Source of the DNA: Octopus vulgaris
Lineage: Eukaryota
DNA length: 64,000 nt
Assembly: GCA_951406725.2 (NCBI GenBank)
Contig: OX597822.1
Span: 109,244,001-109,308,000 of the forward strand
Direction of reading: 5' to 3'
The notes beneath the pieces were generated by a model. It was not told where the DNA came from and made no database searches. It saw only the letters and a list, made by a program, of their open reading frames with translations. The translations under genes were made by a program, and so were the position numbers. Below are positions 1 to 14,149 of the stretch, piece by piece; positions within the stretch are counted from its first letter, which is position 1; each line of letters opens with the position of its first letter.

Positions 1-949
1 AAACTATATTTTAATGTCGTTCGTAACCATTATACATGTATGCTGGAATGTAGATAATGCTACTTCAGTAACATTTCTTCCATGGGGGAACAAAACCAAA
101 GTATAAAATTAAGTATGGATTTAAAAAATGGAACTGGTACTAAAAGCCCAATGCAAAGTATATTAACGACAAATGTAAAGGGAATATAGCTGAAAGGTCA
201 CGCATATTGAAAACCCTAAATACATTTCCAAATTGTCTACATGGAATATCAAGCTTTGATGTCATACGAACATTTCATCAAAAATCTACAAGCAACTACG
301 CGATCATGTTTTCCACTTTGAACCGGGCGCTGTGACTATAATAATCTATGTTCCCATTGAATAAAAGTGAAGTTACTCGAATAGGCGAGTGTGCACGTAA
401 GTAAACTTTATGAACTCAGGAGCTCTATGTCTGTGTATATGGCTCCTGTAGAATCGCAGTTAAATGACTGACACAAGCAAAAGAATGAAAGAATATATAT
501 CTTTCTGCTTGTGTATGTGACCGTGATAAATTCTCAAAAACGATTCGTTCATGATTTGGATGTATTTCCTAACAGAGATTTTCGTTATATATGATATCGA
601 TTGCCGCTATCCAAAGTTGGGAAAATTTATCTAATTATTCCATATATATATAGTGCTTTAATAATTAAGTACCAACGAGGTCTAATATTATGTACTGCCT
701 ATTGAATCGCTGACCTACAAGTGAAAATGTCGATTTAATTCTTCATTTGCATTTTTTCTTCTTCTTTTTCTTTTACTCATAGATCACAATTCATTGAGTT
801 TAACTCTGATCAAAGCTATTCTTCTCATGGCGATATAATAATTAATAAGCATACTGTATTTAATTCTATTTTATCTGATACACCGTTGTGATTTGATAGC
901 TACTCGAGCAAAATGATGGTCATTTCTTCAATAGCTTAGACATTCGTAC

Positions 950-1320
950 ATTTGTAGATTTTATACTTACTTTTAGGAAAGTGCATTGCACTGACATGCC
1001 ATGGATATCTCTGAATAAACAGTTTTAGTAGTTTCCGTCATGATAATCACAATCATTACATTTATGCAAATGTGATTCATCAACTTGCTGTTGAAATGCA
1101 AAATAATCTTAATAATTGTTTACACTTACTCAAAACTCGCTGTTGACATAATTATCTTTACAAAAATGGCCACGTCAAAGATCCGAAGTCAATATACCGT
1201 AAAGCTTTCACTGCATTTCTGTTTTGTATCGTTTTATTCAGGTAGAAGAATTCTGTAAACGATTTACCTTTGTCCTAGTCTCCCACTTCGAAATAATACC
1301 ATTTCATTATGCTGTTTTCC
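950..1320 (-). pseudogene. Possible highly decayed hAT (Charlie/GTF2IRD2-like) transposase fragment
   Basis: Minus-strand pieces translate as YFEVGD*DKGKSFTEFFYL and RIFDVAIFVKI. These weakly recall the hAT motifs EVRWLSxGKxLxRF and WxxDLAFLVDI. Heavily disrupted. Confidence 0.25.
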
Positions 1321-1914
1321 AACCTTTACGTCTCAATTCGAGGTCGATACTATAATAGTATATGTATTGATTGTGCACTATGTTCGAAGTAGTCGCGTAG
1401 CCCCCACCTCATATGATTATAGTAGAAGTAAAAAAAGGTACTAATGTATTTTGTTTTCACTTAATATTAATTCATTTAATTAGGGTTCCATATAACCAAC
1501 GTATATACATGATCTTTTATATTACCAATCTACAAAATACATTACGCTCAACCATCTATTTTGTAGTTTCCATTTTTATTAAGAATATAAATGAGCTAGA
1601 AGAAGTATCTATAATAAAACCTGCATTCAAGCTTCAGGATAAAGTATATATGAAACTTTATCCTGAAGTTTTATATATATACTTCAGGATAAAGTTTATA
1701 TAAAACTTTTGTATATGCAAATGTTTTATATATACTTTTGCATATATAAAATTTTGATGGTTAAGTTTTATATATGCAAAAGTAAACATTCCGGATACTA
1801 TGCTGTTATTCATCTTCTCTGTACCTACATAATTTTCATTCGTATATCTATCTCTCTATCTATCCATGCATTCATCTATCTATCTATATTATTGCAACAA
1901 TCTCTCTCTCTTGA

Positions 1915-1920
1915 TATCTA

Positions 1921-1972
<52 letters not shown>

Positions 1973-1982
1973 CATGTATATG

Positions 1983-2063
<81 letters not shown>

Positions 2064-2190
2064 GCATATAGACACACACGCACGCACACACAGCAACACA
2101 TACACACACGTATAAATATACATATAGATATACATACACACACACAGATACACACACATATATGTATATATATATATGTATATATATGTA
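1915..2190. repeat. Compound (TA)n/(TG)n/(CA)n microsatellite, representative of dozens in the window
   Basis: Dinucleotide runs seen directly; they generate the [10 protein letters not shown] pseudo-ORFs. Confidence 0.98.
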
Positions 2191-2654
2191 CATCTGTAGG
2201 CGCGCGCATATATCCCACATTTCCAATGTTATATGTATTTAGTCTCACTTCAACTGTTAAAACGAGAAGTATTTGGAAAGCTGGGCACTCGTAATCAGGT
2301 GAGAATGGAGTTTCGATTATTTACGATGAAGACGAGTATCGTTCAGAGACGTTGGCATAGATTAATTTGCATAAGCCTACTATTCCAACGGTTGTGCTCT
2401 ATTTATTGGAGTAATAAACGAGCGTGCGTTTTGAATGAAAATATAAAGAGATCAATAATCTTATATATATACATATATATATATTCAAATAAGAAAATGG
2501 AGGAACAGATTCATTTCAATCATTGACTTACAGATATTACCAATTCATATAATTTATTAACTACATAAATAGGAACATCTAAATCCAACAAAACAAAACA
2601 ATATACATCAATATGTAAGATAATAATACCATAAGAATAATACACATAAAATGG

Positions 2655-2783
2655 ATCTTACAGCTGTTTCAGCCTGTAGATAAAGGTATCTCATTCTGCC
2701 TATATTAGTCAGATGTATTGAGCTAATATGCAGTTAAAAATGAGTTATATATATATATATATATATCAAGGCCTGTCAGAGAT
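2655..2783 (-). ncRNA. Degenerate type-I hammerhead-like motif with long stem II, in a PLE-type non-coding repeat
   Basis: Minus strand reads atct-CTGACA-ggcct...aggct-GAAAC-agct-GTA-agat. Stem I is atct/agat, loop 3 is palindromic AGCT, and the core lacks one base of CUGANGA. Confidence 0.5.
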
Positions 2784-2874
2784 TATAAAGTACAATTATA
2801 AAAATGCAAATATAAATATGAAAGAAAATGCACATACATAAGAATATATATATATATATATATATACATAAGTG

Positions 2875-2906
<32 letters not shown>

Positions 2907-3109
2907 TGTAAGTATATATATAATAATATACATAAACATAAGGTTACAGATAATCAAATATATATATATGGGGTATACATATACATCCACATCAATGGGT
3001 ATATATCCATTACATTACCAAAATTATTAATAACATTGTTATTATTATTAATAATAATAATAATACCAATATTAGATTACGTGCCATTTTCTACTATATA
3101 CATATATAT

Positions 3110-3280
3110 AATGAAGATCAAAACGAAGAGAAAACAAGAAGAAAAAAGCAACGTGAGCCCGTGCACATGCATATTATTAACAGACGCTGCTCAAGGAAGG
3201 AAAGAAAGTTAGTTTTATGTTTCGAGAAACAGGAGACAGAGGAATGTCCAAGAGTAATGGAAGATGGGGGATAAAAATCC
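3110..3280 (-). mobile_element. Decayed relative of the 8003/53389 PLE-type short element
   Basis: Shares caacgtgag...tattatt...acgct...gaaggaaagaa...gtttcgag with 8003-8185; the HHR centre is deleted; adjacent to (TA)n. Confidence 0.5.
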
Positions 3281-3281
3281 T

Positions 3282-3313
<32 letters not shown>

Positions 3314-5169
3314 TTACTGATAAACTGACCTGAGATTATTAACAATCGTTACTTAGAGCAGATATGAAAGTATTTTAGAACCTGTTTCTCCCATAAGATG
3401 CAAATGCATTGTTGCATTTTACATGATCATTTAACAGTGTTACAGAGCCTGGTTTCCTCGAAACTATTCTCTGTTACCCAACCCGATAATTCATCCTACC
3501 TTTTATATAAAGCAAAAGAAATTTTTATATTGATCAGTTAATTTTTCTCCAAAAGTTGTGAATTTTTGTATATTGTCACTTGTCGTGAGGAATGCGCTAG
3601 AAGCTGAAACTGTATCTAAGTGTTTATACTTAAATAAATCAAAATATTCCACTGGAAATATTTTTATGGATTTAGTTTTTATTAATATAACTTCAACTTC
3701 ATATAAAATAAATTCTATAAATTCACAGATATCACAATGCGTTGCTATTCATTTAGTATTACTAATTTATTAAAACAGATTCCAGTGGAACTAATGTGTC
3801 CAAATAACCATGCAAAAGAACCGCATTCATATTTAAGCTCTTTCAACCCAACTTAATGAAGATTTTATTTATGGTTTGTTTCTGTTGGCGCTATTGAATA
3901 TATTGCTGCTATCTCTAAGTGGGTTGATCCTGGATTTAACTGCAGGGCACATTTCAAATATTCAGAGCCTAATGAGACAATATATCAATAGAAAAGTTCA
4001 AATCGCCATATCATTGATGCGCAAACATATGATTACAGCAGCATCACATGATCTATACATGCTCTGTTGTGTATGAAGACAAATACCATATCAGCAAAAA
4101 GAAAATGGTGGATTTCAATACTTCAATCAAATCTTTTCATGTTATTTGGTATTTAGACTCAATTGGCAATCAGTAACTTCCGATTGGTACTCCGTGAACG
4201 ACACAAAGCTTCCATTTAGAAGTAGATTGTTTAAATATCATAATAAACAAATAAACCAATTGACCAGGAAATTTAGAAATTCCGTTTTTATTTTTCATTG
4301 TAGTGCAACGGTTGTATGCAGGCTAAATATAGCCTAAGATATGGCCGTATTGAATGTTACACAAAGACTGCCATTAGCTTAAATGCCAAACGTAACTTAG
4401 AAATATTTTAATAGCTTAGTTTATCGTCAATTTTAAACAGTATCTCATTCAACTGTTTTTTCTCAAATTCCGTTATTCAGAATAATCATTTCCTTTTCTT
4501 CCCCTAAATGCATGGTTTTCTATATTTTTTTCTGTTTTTAATCATTTTTATATCATTATCTGTTTGCATCATTTTTTTTTTTCAAATAAATGACAATTAT
4601 TTCTTTTGTTAGCGTATTTTGCGACATGGCCTCAGCATTAGTTATACCACTTAAATATATCGTAAGAAAAATTGTAAAGAAGCAATGAGGAATTACATTC
4701 GGAGATACATTAGCTGTGTGTGTATGAACGCCTATGAAAGCCTATACATGAATATTCTATGTATCATTAATGACTATATATACGTGTGTGTGTGTGTATG
4801 TGTGTGTGTGTTTGTGTGTGTATGTGTGTGCATATGTGATTGTATGTGTTTGAAATTATATGTTCCTGTATTTTATGGCATGCGTTCTCTATAAGAATGC
4901 TACTGTGTAAATATTAAATTCTGTTAAACTAGTTTTTAACATGATTTAGAACAGGTGGGAGAGAAATCCGAATGGAAAATGTGAAAGGTATAATCAGTTT
5001 TCTGAAATAAAACTGATTTTAGAGAATTCACAACAGTAGATATCCTACTATAGTTGACTAGATCAGAGAGTGTACACAATATACCATATTTTTAAAGACG
5101 AAGACATATACAATAAAACCTGTGGCTGTGTATGTATGTGCATGTATGTATATGTATATGTATATATAG

Positions 5170-5211
<42 letters not shown>

Positions 5212-5302
5212 TCTTCATTCCGTCGTGTATTATAAAATTACACGTACACTCTCACATACACTCAAACTCGAACATACATGTACACACACACATGTATACA
5301 TT

Positions 5303-5357
<55 letters not shown>

Positions 5358-5564
5358 GCATACACTAAAGTACATTTAACAAAAGCCAAATGCGCAGAAG
5401 GTAAGAAGCATTCATATATTGTAGACACGAATATAAATGCTAACATGTCATATTTTCTTTTGAGATACTACCTATATACTCATACAGCGGCACACGCATT
5501 CAGTCAGGCTGCAACATGTAAGAGAATAGAAGAGTGTATACATATGTATATTATACATATATGC

Positions 5565-5624
<60 letters not shown>

Positions 5625-5926
5625 GTATCATTGAGAGTGGGAGGGATGGAGATAAAGATTGGGAGATATATAGATATTTTGATATGTGTGCGAGCTATAT
5701 TTGTTTGTATGTAAGCATTGCTACGACGAATGTAAAATAGTAAGAAACATTATGTACGTTATGATGTCTCATTCAACCAGTTTATGACTAAACTCTATGA
5801 ACTCCAGTTGAAATATGGGCTTTTAGCATGACTTTTTATTTTTTTACAGTATTCTGCAACAAAGGACATATTGATGTTTTCAATATTTTTATTTTTCCTA
5901 CTTTCTTTTTATAACCGCATTTAAGC

Positions 5927-7670
<1,744 letters not shown>

Positions 7671-7679
7671 TAAATATGC

Positions 7680-7726
<47 letters not shown>

Positions 7727-7779
7727 GGTATGAACATATATGCATATATGCATATACTTAGATATGATTTATATCATGT

Positions 7780-7825
<46 letters not shown>

Positions 7826-7827
7826 TT

Positions 7828-7931
7828 CGTAACCGACCAGGCTATCAGATGTTGCTACACATCGCTAGCCACAATGCGGTTCGCATTGCTTTAGCCTTCA
7901 AATAACGCCACCCCGCTGGCTAAGCGAGCAG

Positions 7932-7934
<3 letters not shown>
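7828..7934. repeat. 107-bp interspersed-repeat fragment, copy 1 (possibly a LINE/SINE 3' end)
   Basis: About 95% identical direct copy at 8355-8461 with the same endpoints, each abutting (TA)n. Confidence 0.85.
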
Positions 7935-8002
<68 letters not shown>

Positions 8003-8005
<3 letters not shown>

Positions 8006-8185
8006 TTAATCCAAACAAGAAAGCACAAAATACACAACAACGTGAGGAAGTTGAACAAATATAGTATTATTGCACGCTCACGAAAGAAGGAAAGAAGGAG
8101 TGTTTAACGCTTCGAGCAGAGCTCTTCTTCGGAAACATAGGAGAAGGAAAGATCCAGAGAAGGGAAGACAGAGGAAAAGTATCCA
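8003..8185 (-). mobile_element. Short PLE-type element with minimal hammerhead motif (8101-8137)
   Basis: Minus strand reads tgttt-CCGAAGA-a-gagc-tct-gctc-GAAG-cg-TT-aaaca. Homologous to 53389-53613; lies between (TA)n tracts. Confidence 0.7.
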
Positions 8186-8206
8186 TATTTGCGTTTATAA
8201 ATGTAA

Positions 8207-8284
<78 letters not shown>

Positions 8285-8354
8285 CAGAAATATATACACA
8301 AACACATACGAATGTATAAACCTGTGTATATATTTATATATATATTTATTTTTC

Positions 8355-8461
8355 CGTGACCGACAAGGCTATCAGATGTTGCTACACATCGCTAGCCAAA
8401 ATGCGGTTCGCATTGTTTTAGCCTTCAAATAACGCCACCCTGCTGGCTAAGCGAGCAGGCC
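8355..8461. repeat. 107-bp interspersed-repeat fragment, copy 2
   Basis: Direct copy of 7828-7934. Confidence 0.85.
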
Positions 8462-8482
8462 ATATATATATATATATATATA

Positions 8483-8900
8483 CTCTTTTCTCTCTCTTTT
8501 TTACTCTTTTACTTGTTTCAGTCATTTGACTGCGGCCATGCTGGAGCGCCGCCTTAAATCGAGCAACTCGACCCCGGGACTTATTCTTTTGTAAGCCCAG
8601 TACTTATTCTATCGGTCTCTTTTGCAGAACCGCTAAGAAGCGGAGACATAAACACACCAGCATCTGTTGTCAAGCAATGCTAGGGAGACAATCACAGACA
8701 CACAAAGACACACACGCATGTATATATATACATATATACGACGGGCTTCGTTCAGTTTCCGTCTACCAAATCCACTCACAAGGCATTGGTCGGCCCGAGG
8801 CTATAGCAGAAGACACTTGCCCAAGTTGCCACGCAGTGGGACTGAACCCGGAACCATATGGTTGGTAAACAAGCTACTTACCACACAGCCACTCCTGCGC

Positions 8901-8901
<1 letters not shown>
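8483..8901 (-). mobile_element. tRNA-derived SINE, family A (long, with internal microsatellite)
   Basis: Minus-strand head ggcgcaggagtggctgtgtggtaag...ggttcagtccc has A/B-box-like motifs; conserved body; aaagagt-type tail; homologous to the copies at 14888 and 19565. Confidence 0.92.
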
Positions 8902-8936
<35 letters not shown>

Positions 8937-8940
<4 letters not shown>

Positions 8941-11900
8941 CAACAATTGAGGGTAAAATTAATTAATTATTAATCAATTTCACCAAGTATTCAGTATGTA
9001 AAGGGACCATTATAGGCGAATTCAAAATATTACATTATATATAAGGGCTTAGTAAAATAAATTACTTTGCCACATACTGAACTCATTAGAAATAGCAGCT
9101 AAAGAAATTTCTTCAGCTATTTCTAATACTTAAAGAAGATCTCTCTCAGATAGTGTTTGCCTAAACCAACTCACAAAAGTATGGGGGAAAAAAATATTAA
9201 AAAATCAAGTGCAAAGGTTATTTGAGAACGTACGTTTCTAGATTAGTCAATTCGACATTTCTTTCTTCAGCTCAGAATTCCTTGAATCGGATTTGGGAAC
9301 ACTGAAAGTCGGGAGCATACCCTTTCGGCTTCTAATCACCTCTAGAATTCTGCTCGAACTAAAAGTGCTATCAAATTCGAATATGCAAGCGAAGAATTTC
9401 TGCTCTCCCCTTTCCACCAGCGTGGGTTAAAATTGACAAACACCATGTATTAACGGTGAAAACCGCAGCATTTAACAGAGAGAGATGAATTATAATTTCA
9501 ACAATTGAGGGTAAAATTAATTAATTATTAATCAATTTCACCAAGTATTCAGTATGTAAAGGGACCATTATAGGCGAATTCAAAATATTACATTATATAT
9601 AAGGGCTTAGTAAAATAAATTACTTTGCCACATACTGAACTCATTAGAAATAGCAGCTAAAGAAATTTCTTCAGCTATTTCTAATACTTAAAGAAGATCT
9701 CTCTCAGATAGTGTTTGCCTAAACCAACTCACAAAAGGTATGGGGGAAAAAACATTAAAAAAAAAATCAAGTGCAAAGGTTATTTGAGAACGTACGTTTC
9801 TAGATTAGTCAATTCGACATTTCTTCTTCAGCTCAGAATTCCTTGAATCGGATTTGGGAACACTGAAAGTCGGGAGCATACCCTTTCGGCTTCTTAATCA
9901 CCTCTAGAATTCTGCTCGAACTAAAAGTGCTATCAAATTCGAATATGCAAGCGAAGAATTTCTGCTCTCCCCTTTCCACCAGCGTGGGTTAAAATTGACA
10001 AACACCATGTATTAACGGTGAAAACCGCAGCATTTAGCAGAGAGAGATGAATTATAATTTCAACAATTGAGGGTAAAATTAATTAATTATTAATCAATTT
10101 CACCAAGTATTCAGTATGTAAAGGGACCATTATAGGCGAATTCAAAATATTACATTATATATAAGGGCTTAGTAAAATAAATTACTTTGCCACATACTGA
10201 ACTCATTAGAAATAGCAGCTAAAGAAATTTCTTCAGCTATTTCTAATACTTAAAGAAGATCTCTCTCAGATAGTGCTTGCCTAAACCAACTCACAAAGTA
10301 TGGGGGAAAAAACATTAAAAAATCAAGTGCAAAGGTTATTTGAGAACGTACGTTTCTAGATTAGTCAATTCGACATTTCTTTCTTCAGCTCAGAATTCCT
10401 TGAATCGGATTTGGGAACACTGAAAGTCGGGAGCATACCCTTTCGGCTTCTAATCACCTCTAGAATTCTGCTCGAACTAAAAGTGCTATCAAATTCGAAT
10501 ATGCAAGCGAAGAATTTCTGCTCTCCCCTTTCCACCAGCGTGGGTTAAAATTGACAAACACCATGTATTAACGGTGAAAACCGCAGCATTTAGCAGAGAG
10601 AGATGAATTATAATTTCAACAATTGAGGGTAAAATTAATTAATTATTAATCAATTTCACCAAGTATTCAGTATGTAAAGGGACCATTATAGGCGAATTCA
10701 AAATATTACATTATATATAAGGGCTTAGTAAAATAAATTACTTTGCCACATACTGAACTCATTAGAAATAGCAGCTAAAGAAATTTCTTCAGCTATTTCT
10801 AATACTTAAAGAAGATCTCTCTCAGATAGTGCTTGCCTAAACCAACTCACAAAAGTATGGGGGAAAAAAAATTAAAAAATCAAGTGCAAAGGTTATTTGA
10901 GAACGTACGTTTCTAGATTAGTCAATTCGACATTTCTTTCTTCAGCTCAGAATTCCTTGAATCGGATTTGGGAACACTGAAAGTCGGGAGCATACCCTTT
11001 CGGCTTCTAATCACCTCTAGAATTCTGCTCGAACTAAAAGTGCTATCAAATTCGAATATGCAAGCGAAGAATTTCTGCTCTCCCCTTTCCACCAGCGTGG
11101 GTTAAAATTGACAAACACCATGTATTAACGGTGAAAACCGCAGCATTTAGCACAGAGAGATGAATTATAATTTCAACAATTGAGGGTAAAATTAATTAAT
11201 TATTAATCAATTTCACCAAGTATTCAGTATGTAAAGGGACCATTATAGGCGAATTCAAAATATTACATTATATATAAGGGCTTAGTAAAATAAATTACTT
11301 TGCCACATACTGAACTCATTAGAAATAGCAGCTAAAGAAATTTCTTCAGCTATTTCTAATACTTAAAGAAGATCTCTCTCAGATAGTGTTTGCCTAAACC
11401 AACTCACAAAAGTATGGGGAAAAAACATTAAAAATCAAGTGCAAAGGTTATTTGAGAACGTACGTTTCTAGATTAGTCAATTCGACATTTCTTTCTTCAG
11501 CTCAGAATTCCTTGAATCGGATTTGGGAACACTGAAAGTCGGGAGCATACCCTTTCGGCTTCTTATCACCTCTAGAATTCTGCTCGAACTAAAAGTGCTA
11601 TCAAATTCGAATATGCAAGCGAAGAATTTCTGCTCTCCCCTTTCCACCAGCGTGGGTTAAAATTGACAAACACCATGTATTAACGGTGAAAACCGCAGCA
11701 TTTAACAGAGAGAGATGAATTATAATTTCAACAATTGAGGGTAAAATTAATTAATTATTAATCAATTTCACCAAGTATTCAGTATGTAAAGGGACCATTA
11801 TAGGCGAATTCAAAATATTACATTATATATAAGGGCTTAGTAAATTAAATTACTTTGCCACATACTGAACTCATTAGAAATAGCAGCTAAAGAAATTTCT

Positions 11901-11959
11901 TCAGCTATTTCTAATACTTAAAGAATATCTCTCTCAGATAGTGCTTGCCTAAACCAACT
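8937..11959 (-). mobile_element. Tandem array of ~558-bp hammerhead-bearing non-coding units (5.4 copies); retrozyme-like/PLE-derived
   Basis: Units start atttcaacaattgaggg at 8937, 9495, 10057, 10613, 11170 and 11725 (periods 558, 562, 556, 557, 555). Units are near-identical, have no ORF, and carry an HHR-like motif on the minus strand; the array begins directly after (TA)n. Confidence 0.9.
9223..9274 (-). ncRNA. Type-I hammerhead-like motif (further copies at 9785-9835, 10341-10392, 10898-10949, 11453-11504)
   Basis: tgag-CTGAAGA-a aga aat gtc gaatt gac taa tct a-GAAAC-gtac-GTT-ctca. Stem I is tgag/ctca, stem II is imperfect, loop 3 is palindromic GTAC. Confidence 0.7.
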
Positions 11960-12683
11960 TTAATGTTTTTTCCCCCATACTTTTGTGAGTTGGTTTAGGC
12001 AAGCACTATCTGAGAGAGATCTTCTTTAAGTATTAGAAATAGCTGAAGAAATTTCTTTAGCTGCTATTTCTAATGAGTTCAGTATGTGGCAAAGTAATTT
12101 ATTTTACTAAGCCCTTATATATAATGTAATATTTTGAATTCGCCTATAATGGTCCCTTTACATACTGAATACTTGGTGAAATTGATTAATAATTAATTAA
12201 TTTTACCCTCAATTGTTGAAATTATAATTCATCTCTCTCTGCTAAATGCTGCGGTTTTCACCGTTAATACATGGTGTTTGTCAATTTTAACCCACGCTGG
12301 TGGAAAGGGGAGAGCAGAAATTCTTCTCTTGCATATTCGAATTTGATAGCACTTTTAGTTCGAGCAGAATTCTAGAGGTGATTAGAAGCCGAAAGGGTAT
12401 GCTCCCGACTTTCAGTGTTCCCAAATCCGATTCAAGGAATTCTGAGCTGAAGAAAGAAATGTCGAATTGACTAATCTAGAAACGTACGTTCTCAAATAAC
12501 CTTTGCACTTGATTTTTTAATGTTTTTTCCCCCATACTTTTGTGAGTTGGTTTAGGCAAGCACTATCTGAGAGAGATCTTCTTTAAGTATTAGAAATAGC
12601 TGAAGAAATTTCTTTAGCTGCTATTTCTAATGAGTTCAGTATGTGGCAAAGTAATTTATTTTACTAAGCCCTTATATATAATG

Positions 12684-12689
<6 letters not shown>
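11960..12689 (+). mobile_element. Inverted arm (~1.3 units) of the 558-bp array
   Basis: Reverse complement of the unit sequence, ending in (TA)n. It forms a ~700-bp-arm palindrome with a 28-nt spacer (11960-11987). Confidence 0.93.
12443..12494 (+). ncRNA. Type-I hammerhead-like motif, plus-strand copy
   Basis: tgagCTGAAGAaagaaatgtcgaattgactaatctaGAAACgtacGTTctca read directly on the + strand. Confidence 0.7.
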
Positions 12690-12742
<53 letters not shown>

Positions 12743-13667
12743 ATATATATATCTGTTAGTGTATACAAATTCGAGTAGATGATATATTAGTACCTGTGAG
12801 TTATATATTTATATTTGAATTTCATTTTTTATATTGCTTCAACTACTATAGCCACACTCCTGTTTTGTTTGCATCTAATTTTTTTTATTTCTGTAATTTT
12901 TTTGCGAAGAACATCAGTGATAATTGTCATATGTCATACTTTTACAAGTCATTAATCGTTAGGCTATCACGAAGATAATTCAGTAAATATAAATAACATT
13001 GTTATCCTGTTGAAATAACTATGAAAATATTGAAATGTTCTGCATTATCATTAGTTTATTCCACTGATAAATAAATCACATTCAATATTGAAAATAATTT
13101 GATGTTATTGACTCGTTGTTTATGATGTGGGTAAACGGTAGCTAACTTTCCAATAATTTTAATCCTCCCCGTAGGAATTTACTTCACTAATGTTGAAAAC
13201 AAATAATTTATTAATTTATTGACAGGAACCTTTGAAATGATTGTATACGTGCTACTGGTGGAAATATATAATAGAAACGTCTGTGTAATAAGCAGTACTT
13301 TATCTGGTCATAATACAATGACATATAAATATGTCAGCACCTTGGATAAATTTCTAGGTTTGATCATTGTTCTTTTTCATCATGCTTCCCTCAATTTGTA
13401 CACACATGCTTTATTCGCATATGACCACAACACCTCACAACAAATCTGCAATGACTTGAAGAAAGGGCATCTGAGATACAACCTGAAATTAAGCTCCACG
13501 AATCTTAACTGAATCACAATCAAACAACACTGTATCGAATTCAAGCAACCATTATTATGTACAGCATGCGTGTAGAACCTTACGTGTCACCAGAGGTTTG
13601 GGGCTCCGCCATATCGGATGGCTTCAGCAAGGAATTTTCAAGTATATATGCAATATTAACTAAACGA

Positions 13668-13885
13668 AAGGAGGTGATCTGGCAGAAATGCTGGCACGCC
13701 GGGTGAAATGCTTTGCAGCATTTCGTATGTCTTTACGTTCTGAGTTCAAAATCTCTCGGGGTCGACTTTGCATTTCATCTTTTCTGGGTCGATAAATTGA
13801 GTACCAGTTGCGTACTGGGGTCGATCAAATCGACTGACCCCCTTCCCCAAAATTTTAGGTCTTCTGTCTAAAGTAGAAAAGAATA
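13668..13885 (+). mobile_element. tRNA-derived SINE, family B (short)
   Basis: ggaggtgatctggcagaa...gagttcaaa...gtcgactttgc...agtaccagtt; homologous to the copies at 14329, 17346 and 19006. Confidence 0.88.
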
Positions 13886-14149
13886 TAATCTAAAGCATAT
13901 CATAAAGCGCTTTTCACCCCTTCGTTCCTAGAACATATTTCGTTCGACTCCCATTTCTATTGACCATGTATAAGGTGAGAGCCACAATACGATACGGATG
14001 CCTTCACTAATTATTGTACTGTATTGTCCGCCGCTACACTCAAACATTTTTGTATACAACATATACATTCGCTGTAAATCAATCGATACATTGGCAAGAA
14101 TTTTTCCAATCAGCACATTCCGAACAATAATCAAAGCGACCAGAGGAAC

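Noticed and set aside
3350-4420. Possible exon or decayed coding region
   Set aside because: The frames I translated are interrupted by stops and no motif was recognised.
8937-12689. Array as a CRISPR, rDNA/5S cluster or protein-coding repeat
   Set aside because: There are no unique spacers, no rRNA/snRNA similarity was recognised, and the track shows no ORF of 60 aa or more.
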